Shown piece by piece: positions 22,796 through 36,297 of a stretch of DNA of 53,717 bases. The DNA comes from Chromera velia (lineage: Eukaryota), in NCBI GenBank assembly GCA_018398765.1, contig JAHBMJ010000237.1:1-53717 (forward strand), read 5' to 3'. Position 1 is the first letter of the stretch, and the number at the start of each line of letters is the position of its first letter. A model generated the notes under the pieces. It was not told the origin of the DNA, searched no databases, and worked only from the letters and a program-made list of their open reading frames with translations. Made by a program: the position numbers and the translations under genes.

Positions 22796-25700
22796 GGGTG
22801 CATCGCTGTTTGTGGGCAAGAGAGTGAGCTTCTGGCTGACAACTCACAACTGACTCATATTATATACGCCATGAAATATACTAAAAAGTAGAATAAGTTG
22901 GTGGATCTATGCGTACAAGATCATAAAAAGAAAGGACGATGAAAACGGGTGAAGCTATAATGAAAGAGAGTGACGGGGAGAGTCTTAGAGAGGGAGATTG
23001 TGTGGAAGGCAGGAAAGAAGAAGAAAAGAAAGAAGAAGCCGAAGTTGATAAGCAGAGGACAAGGAAGCACTTATGAAGGGAGAAGAAAGCAGAAAGAACA
23101 GAAAGCTAGAAACATAATAAGAAAATGAAGAGTTTCCCTGTCTGGCGCTTTCATTCACCGTGCACCTCAGAAACTTCTCTCATCTTGCTCCGCATATTCT
23201 TTGCCGCTCCTGTCCCCACATGCAGCTTCTTTTCTCCAGTAGAAGACTGTTTTCAGCATCGTTCAGCAATTTTTGTGCATGATCCTTGCATGAAAAGATT
23301 CAGGTTAGCTCCCTATTTTTCTCTATGATGAAGTCTCTTCCAATTGTTTTGTTTGAGTATATTCTTTTTATGGCTTTGAAAGTAGTCTGCCTGAGTGAAG
23401 TGTCCTCTCACAGTGTCGGGAGCTCGCGAGTTGCGTGTACATTTGCGTAGCTTCAAGAATGCCTCATCGGATAACGCTTTTAATCAGACATTCTCTTATT
23501 CTCAGCGTGTTCATACTTGTGTATTTGATTGTTTGCATGAATGCTATGACCCATGAGTGTTCGATGAGAAACAATGCAGCTCGGAGAAAGCCTTATACGC
23601 CATGCAACGGACTGCACAGTCAAAAGCCCTCCAGCGAATAGAATCTTCAGATAGGCTCTGTTGGATATCTCGGGCACCTCTGGCCGTCTTCTTCTGCACT
23701 TTTCTGAAACAAAACTGACTGCCTTTTACTCAGTGTGTATATCAATTTTTGAGCATGAAATCTTCTGAAAGTTCATATGTCTTCACCCGTTTTCCCTCCA
23801 TTTTTTGTTTTTTTTACTGTTCCTATCATGTGAAAGAAACGAAGGACTTATCTTGTTTGTATGGTAATGCTGGGCAACGTATGCTTCTGAAATAATGCAT
23901 TTCGCTTTTGGAGTTGTCCCTCCCGAATCTGGTTGTGCAGAGACACGTAAACAAAACTGTTGATGTGGAAAGTGGACAGGTATAAACAGAGCTAGGCGCT
24001 TTGTGGAGGATTTGTTCCTGAACACAAAATTCTTTCTTCATCGACCACAAAACACTGAAGTAAGTTGAAGGATGATACAAAGTCAAGCAGGTTGCTCCTG
24101 TCACATAACCTTTTTTCCCGTATACCTGCCCCGTTCTCTTTCCTGGCAATGTTCACAGTCTACTTATTTAGTCTGCCCCCATTCTTATCGCTTTTCCGCT
24201 TAAAATTTTTGCTATTCTTTGTGTTCCTTCTTCTTTCTATATCGTTTATTAAACAGCCAGACACCAGGGTCCTTCTTTGTTCTTCCATTGGCCTATAGCC
24301 ATTAGCACCCCTTCTCTCTCTCTCCACATGTGCAAAAACAGAAGTTCAGCAGACTGTAAGTCCACTGAAGCTGACTTAGCTCAGTGCGCCTGGCCACAAT
24401 GGTCTTTATTCGATCTACCCCGATCTATCCAATATATTCCCTTCCTAAAAGACACCTTTTTGGTGTTATCCCCCTTTTCAGTTTTTGTTTTGCTGTTTAT
24501 TTTACTATGTTTTCCAAAGAATCTCACTCAAATTACCGTTGTGTATGTGTGTAGCAAGCATAGTTGGTGGGAGGTACATTCAGCCTCCTCTGCCTTTCCA
24601 AATAGTTCCTCATAATCAGTATATTTTTCTGCTTGCCTGTCTATTTGCCAGCTTTCCTGTCTATCTGTCTGTCTATCTTAAACTCGCATCCTCTTCTCCA
24701 TCTCTTCTCTCCTTTGGGCTCTTCTTATATGCACCCTAAATTCACGCTGATTTATAGCTACTCAGTACCACTCGGCAGCCAACTTCGTCCTGTACATCCT
24801 CACAAAAACTGTTAAGGATTCTCTAGGTCAATGATTATCGCTCGTTTTTGTATGTTTTTGCCAGCTCAACAGCTGTCCAGGTCCGAAGATATGATAACGT
24901 TCTGAATCTGAATGCAAGAACATATTCAAAAACAACTTCTCCTCTTTAGCTTATTTTTTAGGGGCAGTTGCAGCCAGTCAAAACAGGCTGTATGATAGTG
25001 GAGTGAAGATAGGTGCACGATGCGATGCCCTGCTTTTTTCCAAATCCTCCAATTAACACTTTGCCTTCTACCTCATCTTTTCCTTCGCATCGCGTGCAGG
25101 CAATACATGGGAGGCGACTATTGGGTACTTTTCCCGACAAAAAGGCTCATAGAAACTCCTGTCTTGTATTGTGGTCTTTTTAGGAGTAAGTACGCATCAC
25201 CAAAGCATGTACACGTTTCCAAACTAGCGTTCGTGGCGTTGTTCTATCTGAAAGTCTGCACTTTAGTGGCGTGTGAAGTCAGAAATCAAAGATCTGTAAC
25301 TCATACCATAGCAGAAAAAAATTGATGGAGGTTCGTTTGGTATTAGAACACCACACCCGAGGCTTCCAAATTTAGTATATACATTCAGATATTTTGTGTG
25401 TACTTAACTCTTTCTGATGTTTTATGTATCTGGATGCAGTATCAAGGAAAGGGTTATGGTTCCTTTCTGATTGGTTTTGCATACCTCTTGCAGAAAAAGG
25501 AGCGAGATCAAATTGCTGGTCAGTCAATTCAGACGGGAGTGGATCAATTCGTTGGGGGAGGGGGGTTCGGGGTTCAGAAATCTGTAGCAACATGGACTGC
25601 ATTCTTTTGCATGGATGCAGAAGCAGAATTTGGGGCACCGGAAGAATAATTCTCCGCCGACGGTCTGAAGAGCTTTACAAAATTTGCTACTAAAAAAATT

Positions 25701-26139
25701 GTGGTTACCATAGACTGCAAAGACCCCCCAAAATCTATCAAAGTCGGCAGTGAAGATTTTTCCTTGCATTTCGTTTCTAGTTTTGTTTTTGTGTCCAATC
25801 TCTGTGTCTTGTCCAACTTCTCACAAGGTCGATCAAAGCACGTCTAATATTCAAATGCGACTGACAGTAAGTCAGTCAGTATATATAGTCAGTATATATG
25901 CATGAAGCCCTATAGAATAGCTGGTACGATCAGTATAAAAACAATCCTAGCCATTATCATATTGATTGATTGATTGATTCACTATATTATTGTACATATA
26001 TTACTAGATATACTACGGTCTATTGATTTGGCAGTCTTGCTACTAACTTACTATAAGTAAGTTGCTAGCCTAGCAATGGCCTACTAGTAGGCAACAGCCT
26101 AGGTAATAGCCCTAGTTGCTAGCAATCTAAGATAGTAAC

Positions 26140-26292
26140 TTAGGGCTGAGAAAAGGTTCATTCAAAAAAGCCTAGCTTTAAAAAGGTTCAAATTTAAAAA
26201 AGTGAGCCTGTTGAACCTGATTTCAAGTTGAACTTGTTAAACTTGTTCAACCTGTTTTGAACCTGTTTTCGAGGTCAGGCGCCCCGCCACTA
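26140..26292. mobile_element. Probable orphan DNA-transposon end (hAT-like)
   Basis: Clustered AGGTTCA/TGAACCT motifs ending ...GCGCCCCGCCACTA (reverse complement TAGTGGCGGG). No partner end found. Confidence 0.4.
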
Positions 26293-26987
26293 GTATAAGC
26301 CCTAGTATAAGCCTGGCCAGGCCTTTGCTGCCCGCAGCCTATAGGAAAAATAACGCATCAAAATAAAGCTTAGAAACATAATTAGCATGCTGACTTTCAC
26401 TAGTAGCACTACTAAATAGAACATCTTAGTAACTCATAGATCGAAGATAAGGAAGGTTCTTTAAATGTCAGGCTTAGATATCCAAACCCATTTTGGAGAG
26501 ATCTAAAGTTTCAAACCATTTCCATCATATTAGGATAAAGGATAACGTTTATTTCTTGATCGTTATAACCCAGAAAGAGGCTTTTTTCAAAGAACGAAGG
26601 GCTTAAACTAACTATTATTGTTTAACTTTTTAATATATTAATACTTCTATAATAAGTGTTGAGTGATGATGAACATTGTCAACTTTATAGCTGTACATGC
26701 ATGTAGATGTCTAGCTTTGATTCATTTGAACTTAAAGATCCCTGGAGTGAATTAGGAGTTCGTAGAACTTACATCGATCGACCATTCTTTTATGAGTTTT
26801 CTCTTATTGCTTCCTCTGTTGCAAACTTTTGCTGCGTGTTTTTCCACAGACGAAACAATCGCTATGATATAAGATGCTTCCCGGAGGGATGTATGCAAAA
26901 CTTCTTGCACAGGGTGGTCATTCGGCCGGTCCAAGAGATCTCTTCCCCCTCCTCTTCCCCTGTCCGTCCCTCGTTGTCCGCATGCAC

Positions 26988-27686
26988 TCATCCCGTCCAG
27001 CGTGACTTGATCAGCGCGTCCTGCAAGCGAAAGAAAAATAAAGGACTCATCTCTCTTTCTTTCTCTCTCGCTTTCTCTCGCGCACACACACACAAACGCG
27101 CGAGCGTGCCGCACGCGCACCGCCACTGGCTCTATCTTGCACACGCAACCCATGAGGGTTGTTTGTCATGCATCACAGGAAAAATGGACGCGAGAAAGAA
27201 ATGCTTCACGCGAGATAATCAGAGAAAAAAAAAGAAGCAGCCTTCCCACTCTCGATTGCTGTTTGAAGGCCAAAAGTTGTAGAGACATTTCGAGGTGCGA
27301 AAGGTGAAAAAGCGGACAGACATCGAAAAAACGCAAAAGAAAGGCAAATGTGTGAGCGTGCTCATGGCCGAAAACATAAAAGAGAAAAAATGAAGCACCT
27401 ACCTGGTACTTGGTCTCTGCACATGACTTCTTCGGCCACTTGTGGTTCTTCACGGGCTCATCGTGCCACCCGATGTGCTGAGCAGCCGTCATGGGCGTCT
27501 TGAAGACCTCAGTGGGACCGGACTTCTTCCGGCTGCAAGAGAGACAAATAGAGAGGTGCTCGGGCAAACGTGTACACTCATATCTGAGTTTATTCTCTTG
27601 AGAACTGAAGGAAGGACCGACACGGGAATTAAGGGTTGGAGGTCATTCAAGTTTTCACCAGACACACGCCCGCATGCACACGCACA

Positions 27687-27734
<48 letters not shown>

Positions 27735-27740
27735 CACACA

Positions 27741-27777
<37 letters not shown>

Positions 27778-27795
27778 AGAGCGAGCGAGCGAGCG

Positions 27796-27868
<73 letters not shown>

Positions 27869-28019
27869 GAAACAAAGAAAGAAATAAAGAAAGAAAAAAA
27901 AAAACAAAGAGAGACAGACAGACAGAAAGAAAGAAAGAAAGAAAGACAGAAAGAAAGAAAGAAAGAAAGCAAGAAATAAATAAATAAAGAAAGAAAGAAA
28001 GAAAGAAAGGAAGGAAGGA

Positions 28020-28050
<31 letters not shown>

Positions 28051-28188
28051 GAGGAAAGAACGGAGAGCCAGGGAGGTAGAACAAAGTGCTCACGTACGTG
28101 TGCTTCCGGAGATCTTCCCGAAAGTCGAGCCCCGACCGGTACTCGACGGCCTTCTTCCTCAGTGCCGGTAGCTTTTCTGCACATGATG

Positions 28189-28232
<44 letters not shown>

Positions 28233-28758
28233 CAATTACTCAAATCGGTGTCGGACAGGAAACCAGAAAGCAGAGAACAACTTGGGCGCAGCGAATGGAA
28301 AGTGTTCAAACGCTGAGTCACTGTAGTTGTGCGCGATAGATCCACTGTCTTTTGTGATAAACTCTTCGGCGGTGTCCATGCTTGTGACTGTAAAAACAGT
28401 GAATGCGAAAGTCTACTGAGAGGAAAGGGGAAAGAAGAAAGAAACAACGAGAGAGATCAGCGTTACAAGCGACTGAGGCTTTCATTTGTACGTCTTGCCG
28501 AGCGCGCAGCAAGCAGTAGCACGAATTGCGGTTTTTAGTTCTCGAAACTCAGAGTGCTACAGATGCTAAGCGGAAGGCCTGTCACACGGTACATGTTCTT
28601 GACGAGAAAAGGAAAAAGAAACGAAGAAGAGCGATTGTTTAAGCTCCTCACTGAAACCTTCTGCCAGAAGTTGCATTCAGAAAGTTCTGGTCGACCGAAA
28701 TGTCGCACTGCTGCTCTCTTTCTCTGTCACTCACTCACCCACTTACTCACACACACAT

Positions 28759-28811
<53 letters not shown>

Positions 28812-29699
28812 TAGATTTATCCCGAGGCTCAGAAACACAAGAAGTGTCATTGTAGACCTTCCACGCACCTCGAATGACTTTCAGTCCAGCAGCAAACTCC
28901 TCGTACGTGACTCTCTCTGAGAGGTCTTCAGGAAGGGCCTCCCCCCCCTCCCCCCCTTCTCCTATGCGGAACCCGGTGAGGTTCATCACCGACGCCGTGC
29001 TGAAGAGAGAGTCCGTGATCATCACATGGAATGTATCTGCGAACAGTTTGATCTCCTCCGGTAACGGGTCGAACCCGTATGTCTCCCTCACAACCGACAG
29101 AATCAGGTCGCGCGGAACGCATCCTTCGTCGCTGCACGTACAGAAGTGGAACAGTCCGTTTGCTCTTACACACGCGCACGAGTTACGCACTACCTCTCCG
29201 TGTCGTCGTCTTTTCGCACTCAGGGAAGCAAAACCAAGAAGATACGCACGCTCGAGCCCCCGCAAACCATTCCTGCCTGCCTGCATGTCTGCATGCTTCT
29301 TCATGTATTTACTGACTCTGCGAAGATCTTGAAGGCCGGCTCAAAGTCCTCCACCTCAAAGAGGCCAGCTCCCACCGTCGTAATCAGATTCGACTGGAAG
29401 GGGTCTGTCGCTGCACATGTCAGAGAAGAGAAAGGAAGAGGACGACACGCCGACGTACAGTTGCATGCGCTCACTCAAAACGGCAGAAGACATGCCGAAG
29501 CATGCAGTCGAGATCGTTGGTCCACTCTAAAGTTACGAGGACATGCAGAGAAGATGTTTCGCAGCCATGAACTGCTTGCAGAATTTCGTCGTTACAAGAG
29601 CTGTACTTTTTTTGGATGGCACTGTGTGTGCAAAGTGTATATATGTGCATGCAGGATTCTGCGAATGAACTGACGTCCGTGTAGCGTGACTCCGAACAT
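26988..29699 (-). CDS. Six-exon gene, 207 aa: EF-hand-like protein with ciliary microtubule-inner-protein-like terminal motifs (SPMIP11/TEX49- or FAM183-like)
   Basis: Exons 29699-29675, 29410-29317, 29131-28869, 28176-28098, 27532-27403 and 27020-26988 all have GT-AG ends and consistent phases. Protein: MFGVTLHGPTDPF...FEPAFKIFADDEG...VTYEEF...PMTAAQHIGW...KSCAETKYQDALIKSRWTG*. The gene model is solid; the family assignment is motif recall. Confidence 0.82.
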
Positions 29700-30453
29700 G
29701 GTGAGTGCAATCAAAGGCGAAGCACAGGAGTGCGAAGAAATGCGGCTGGATTGCTGCAGATGCTAGATTCAACCCGGAAATCAGTTCCTGCTGGAAGAGT
29801 TCTCACAAGTTGGTTGGTTCTCGAGTCGAATTTCAGGTTCCCATGCAGAGAAAGTGTTGCTCACTTTCGCAAGACCCAGTGGCTGCCAGGTGAGAAGACC
29901 TCAAGAAGTCTCTTCACGAGATGACGTGTTGACGATTTGAGAGCGCTTTTCTGTGAAGATTGGCACTGGAGCACCATTCTTCGTGGAGAAAACCACTCGA
30001 CCTACAAGACAATCTCAATATAAAATATCCATTTCGATGATGCAATTATATACAAAAGAAATTAAATTAAGTCGAAAATTATATCGATCGATATCGTTAA
30101 TTCCTTTAATTCGTGTCTGTATTGAAAGCACGTGTATTAAAACGCTCTCGTGGCGTATAGCCCTGCCCCTTTTTCCTGCGAAAATGCACTGAGCTACGGA
30201 CCTTGCGATCGACTCCGATCAACGATCGCTCAGATCTTGTTAAATCCAAAAAGAATCTTTGCACACATATATAGGATTCTAAACAGCTGATCAATTATCC
30301 TAAAGACAGAACGATGCAACGTCTTTCTGTTAGTTTCCTACAAGATAATGGTTAGAGTGCAGTAGAGTCCAGAAACATTTTTTAAGTATAATGATAAATA
30401 ACCTCCTTATTCTTTTAAATTGAATCTTTATCATTTTTTTAAACAAAAAATTA

Positions 30454-30980
30454 CACTGTGCTGTTAAGAGTAACTACCGGCCCTTCTCAGAAAGCTTTTA
30501 GTTACCATCAAATTGGTAACCAAAACTTGGTAACTAGGGGGGTCTGAAGGGATTACCGCTACTGCGGTATAATCTAATTGTATCTGCCTACAAATGTGTT
30601 GCATCAAGATCTAATATAAAAGAAACATCTTTAAAAACTGTATACAAGTACAGTATATGACGTAAAAGATATTATTTTATATCATTTTTCAACTTTTTTT
30701 GTCTAAGTTGTTTCTATAATATCAAGAACTTGACTTTAACTTACACATACTTATACATAGTTCTAGACATAAGAGAACTTTACAAATCTGTGTTGATTTG
30801 ATACTTGATTTACCCACCAATTTATTTTACTTAAAAAAACGATTACTACTGTTTTGGTTACCGAAACAACGGTAATCAATGTGACTCTGCATGATTACCA
30901 TAACCATAAAAATGGTTACGAAGCGGTCTAACGGCCGCCTCAGTAACTAAACTAAGTTGGTTACTCCTAACAGCATAGTA
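30454..30980. mobile_element. MITE with CACT-type termini (EnSpm/CACTA-like)
   Basis: TIR CACTGTGCTGTTAAGAGTAAC versus reverse complement TACTATGCTGTTAGGAGTAAC. TA on both sides. Internal GGTAAC/GTTACC repeats. Confidence 0.75.
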
Positions 30981-31803
30981 TATCATGATACAAAAAATGA
31001 TCAAACATAATGTTAACGAACAAAATATAAAAAACAATTTTAAGTACGCTTTAATGTTGCTATGTTTTGCTAGCTAGTCAAACAATATAAAAAAATAGTA
31101 TCTTTTATGTGTTTGCTAAGGTGCTAGCTAGCTATAGCCAGCCAAGGTGTTTATATAGACGTCTAAATCTCAAGCTATAGTGTATGACTTCACTACGCTG
31201 TCACGTCTTTTACTTGGGTCTTTGTCTACTGATATAACTGTACAGCAGGAGTACTTTAAAAGAAGGCACTCGGTTGTTCTCAGTTGCATCGATCCGGTAT
31301 AAACGCGGACAAAAACACTGTATGATGAAATAACATAATTTGTATTGCTTTTACACACGTGTGTAGATTGATTTCACTCATTGCGCCTTGCGAGAGACCC
31401 GTAAAAGCATACACAAACCCATGAATTTTGTCATGAGCATGCATTAAACTTACTCACCGATCAACTAAGTTTATGTAGACAAAGGCAAATCTGAAACAAT
31501 ATGACATCAACAGGTTTTCGAACGTAGTGAGTGGCAGTATGCACGGAACATAAAATTCTCTATGAAACCTAATATGATTCCTTTTATATATCCACTAAAT
31601 TAATTTTATGTCATTTGTATTACTTTATTAACATTAGAATTCTAATTATATACACATGCCAGCATTTTTTTTAATTTGGAAGGAATTTCACAGAGTTTAT
31701 TTTTTGGCGGGGCTTAAATTCTACGTATTTTGATTTCTAACTAAACGCAAAAAATTGTATCGAATTTATAATTATACGTGACACAAGCTAGGTTCTGTAT
31801 CTT

Positions 31804-34800
31804 TTATGCGTCTCCATGCGCATTGCTGAGAAAGGAGAGTCGAGAGGCCCGCTGCACGCCCCCAAAAGATGCACGCTTGCCCCCAAACCGGAAAGAAACT
31901 CTGCTGGCCCTTGATGGACCTGCTGATCCCTCTACATCAAACAGGCGTGAGGCCGCTCTGCTTGATCGACGGTGATCGTGTTCTCTCTCCCCCTGCCCTT
32001 CCTGCTGCTGCAAATGCCTCTGTGATTCCTTCACCGGCATGGAAAATCGACGCTGCAACTGGGTGGCAGGGGCACGGATCTTCCCCCTCAGATCCTTCAG
32101 ACCAGAATTCAAAGTGCGTACCTGAAGCGCCATGCTCTGGATACCAGAGACGGCCGTCTTGATTGATGTCCTTAGCTCGGACATTCCCGCAGAGAGCATG
32201 TTGTTGATCGAGAACAACCCCCCCTCTTCCACCTCCATCTTCAAAAGGATCTCCCTCCGTTCTGCCTCTATGGTCTCCCTGTGGATCTCCCACTCGTCAC
32301 CCTTAAGGGATTTCCCCCTCGAACCCGTCCCCCGAGTCGCTCCGGAGAGGCGCACACGCACATTCAACACCCAGGCTTCGCAACATCTGCAGGCACGGCG
32401 GGATGGGGAAAGGAAGGGGGAAAGGACGGGGTCTTTTTGGTGAAGGCACTGGGAGCGGACGGCGTCCATATGGACTATTGTAACACACACGGCCGAACGA
32501 AAGCTACTTGTTTGCCAACAAACAAGCTGGCCTGGATCGAACATGTGATTCAAAGAAGAAGGACTTGCAAGGAGAGGCATTCCTCACGGGTGCACTCCAT
32601 CTTCGATTTCGTGCTTTACGCATGAATAATGTGAGCATGAAGCAACCGCTACATGTCCGCTCTCATTTCTACCCCCCTTTTTACCAAACAACCCAAACAA
32701 AAAGGCAAACACAAAAGACTGACCTGTCCACGGCCTCAGAGCTGCAGCACGAGACGAAGAAGGCCAAAGGATAGAGGACACACGCGAGGGGGTAGAAGAG
32801 AAGTCTAACGGCGAAAATGCACCGAGGAAGACGGAGACGCCGTCTTTGCATCCTCATCGCGGGATCTCTCGGGCTTCTTTCCCCCCCTGCGTCGGGGAGC
32901 TGGTTTCTCTTCCGATCTAACCAGGGGTTTCCCTTCGCAAGCGCAATCAAAGGCGCAAAGAAAATGCACTGGGCAGCAGCTATTGTCAGGATGTACACAC
33001 CCCTGCATAAATATAGACGGGAGGGAGAAAAGAAATCAGTGCAGACCGTACAGACAACGCCCCACGTATGCACCATGTTGCAATTTTGAGAAAAAATCCC
33101 CATGCACAAACAGGTGCCGAAAATGTTCTGCTGTGGCGCATGATGTTGCTGAAACGAACGTTGTCTCTTTCTCTCCTCTTCATCCCTTCATTTGCCTCAT
33201 GTATGCACACAGACGCGCACCCACCGAGAAAGAGAAAATCAGTCATACACCCCTGATCTTCCTTCCACTCACCTGCAGAAGCCCTTGTGTCTCGATGCCC
33301 GTCTCTTCAGGCAAGAGAGCCACCCAAGAGGAAGCACGAGGAAGGGAGGGAGACGGAGTTCAGGAGGGAAGTCCACCACATCAAGGAACCTTTCCATTCT
33401 GAACAGGGCCACGTAGGCAGCAGAGTCCCCCTGGACCTCCTCGTAGCTGGAGGCCATCAGAGCGATCAGAAAATTCAACAACACCAAAATCGCTCCGATG
33501 AACCTGACGACAATGAGCACCTGCAAAAGAATGCAATCAGATTCAAAGCTCGATGCGGAAAGGCGCTCGTGCATCTCAAACGAAGCAGTATGGACAGAGT
33601 CGGGAACTGAGAAAGAAAAAAGAACAAGTCGACTGTTACTTTCGGATATAAAAAAGGGAGACAAAAGCGGAATCAAGATTTCTCATTAAATCTGGGCTAT
33701 TGTTGCCGTTGATGAATTGTTCTTCCGCTCTATTGTTTTCCTTCCGTTCACCGCACTTCGCATGCACTGAAGAGATCCAAGCTTTTACATTCGTGCATGC
33801 ATGCATGCAGGTACCTACCCTGAGGGACCAGCTCCCTGCTTGCTCTGCAATATCGTAGGGGGCATCGGAGGAGTCCGACACCCCAATGAGGGTGTTGAAG
33901 AGAGTCCAGGTGACGGCCCCAAAAGACTCGAAGGCAGGGTCCGCCACCAACACAGTGTTGTCCTTTGCCAGCAGCCAGGCACAGAGGGAAAAGAGGAGGA
34001 GAAGAAATCTGCAGAGAGGACCGAGAAGAGCAGTCATCAGACAGAAAAGTAAATGAAATGATTTGCAGCTGCAGCTCTCTTCTCTCTTCCGTGCATTGGT
34101 GCTATTCATGCAGACAGGCGCGTTCCCTCCCATAATGCTCTCTGCTCTAACCGACACTCCCTTTCTTTTGAACTATAAATCACTTCATTGTCCTCCAACT
34201 GTGGGATGTGATCTTCTGTGCCGATGCCCATGCACGGCTATCCACCTAGAGTGTATGCATTCCTTCCATCATTTGAAAGTCATTCTGATGTCATCAGGTA
34301 ATCCGTTCTCTTTCCTGCACACCCTTGGTCTCGGATCCATTTCTGTCTCAAACAAAGAAAAACTGCCTATCCGCCCCACCCAAGAAAAACTCCAAAAATG
34401 GCAACGTCCTTCAGCATCCGGATGGCGATGTGAACCTGTGGCCCGAAAATTGGGACACTGGTCACGTATTCCTGCATGCATGTGGTAAGGAGAGAGGCGG
34501 AGGAAGGACGTTCAGACAAGGAGCCAGAGAAGAGTTCTTCCTGCCTCCTGTCTCATAGAGAGATTTTGTATTTGCCTCTTTGCATCTCTCTTTACCATTT
34601 CTCTTTCTTTTCGTGTCCTTGCGCTCTATTTGCCGGGAACACTTGACGACTTGACGCCGGTTGTCTGTCGCCATTGAACCCATTTACTTTGTTTTTTGCG
34701 GAAAGGAGAGCACTTTACCGCATTGAAGACTGACAATAGCAGGGGAAAGTGACTGACCAGAAGCCTCAAAGACAGAAAAAGTCCTGCCACAACGAGGGCG

Positions 34801-36238
34801 GGTTTGAGTGTCAACGCCATCACGGGAATAAATTGGGACGCCGGAATGTACACACACACGAGCAGGAACGTGAAGGCATCAAGAAAGTTCCAAACCGACA
34901 GAGCATAGTCTGCGAACACGTTTCTACGCCAGGCGTTCACAGCCTGCAGGCATACATCAGTCCCCAAAAGAGAGAAGAGGCAAAAGAAAGAATCAGGGCG
35001 TAGCCGCAGATTGATTGCTTAGGGCATTGGGGGCGCACGTCTGCATCTTACCTTTAAAACAACACCACCATGCAAGTCATTTAGAAAGCGGATACACAAA
35101 ACCCCAAAGGCTGGAACACATCAATCGAGCGGTAAAAAAAAACAGTGAAATTGGCTGTCAACACGTACGTGGCATGCACACGACAAATCTTAATTCCTGC
35201 ATGGGGCCGACATCAAATTCCTGCATGGGGCCGACATCAAATTTCTCAGGCCCATGAGTTGTGCATGACCTGACGAGATCGCGAGGCTTCAACATTGATC
35301 TCTTTCGTCTCTCTTCAGACTGCCTCTCTGATCTTTTGGTATTAATATAAACCTTTTTCGATCGTCTCACCTGACTGCCTGAGTGACTTCACCTACCTGT
35401 CTGATCTCGATGTACAGGAAAGAGGCGGCACCGTAGAGCGAGAGGAGGGAGAACGTGAAAGGAACGTATGCAGCTGCAGAGAGAGAGATTCAGAAATTCA
35501 ATTTGCACTGAACCAAACCGTCGTACTCTCTGGTTGTCTAAAAAAAAAGCTGTGTCAAACATCATCTGCTTTTCAGTGAGCTAAGAAAATATATAAAAGT
35601 CTTTAGCGGCAAACAGCTCGAGAGAGAAACATGATCGATCGATCGACTCTGCCTGCCTCGACTGACTGACCGACTGCCTGTTCAGGAGAGAGGGAAGCGT
35701 CTCCTGTTCCTTCTGTCCCTGCGCCCTCGTCCACTCGTGTGTATGCGGCAGAGAAGAAGAGGAAACACGTGGTTGCGAGGAGACAAAGGAAGGAGGAGAC
35801 GTGAACCTTCGACGCCTGCAGAGCGTGCTCGGGGGCGCCCCATCTGCAAGCGAAGCGGCATCCAGTTTAATTCCCTCCAGATGAAACAGAACATTTGTTC
35901 AGGATCGGATTCGTGTGGATTTGCCTCTTCATGCCGTGATGAGGGGAGGAGAGGGCTCCACAACATTTCACTTGTTCCTTTGGCGTCCGTCACAGGGGGG
36001 CCTGAAGGGTTTCTGACTTGTTAGCCATGTCATGTGTGCAGGCGGATAGAAGAAAGTCCAAAAGTATTCGCACTGAGGGAAAGGAAGGAGAGGCAAACGA
36101 TTGCGTGCTGACCGAAAAATGACACCCGACCACGCCTGTCTGCGGTCACTGATCAGTGGGTGTTTGGCGAATTGTCTCTGCTGAGCCTCCGCAATTTGAC
36201 GAAAAAGCCCCACGCCCCCCTCTTCAACTAATCGATAC

Positions 36239-36297
<59 letters not shown>

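Noticed and set aside
35191..35242. 24-bp tandem duplication AATTCCTGCATGGGGCCGACATCA
   Set aside because: Only two copies, inside an intron; ordinary local duplication.
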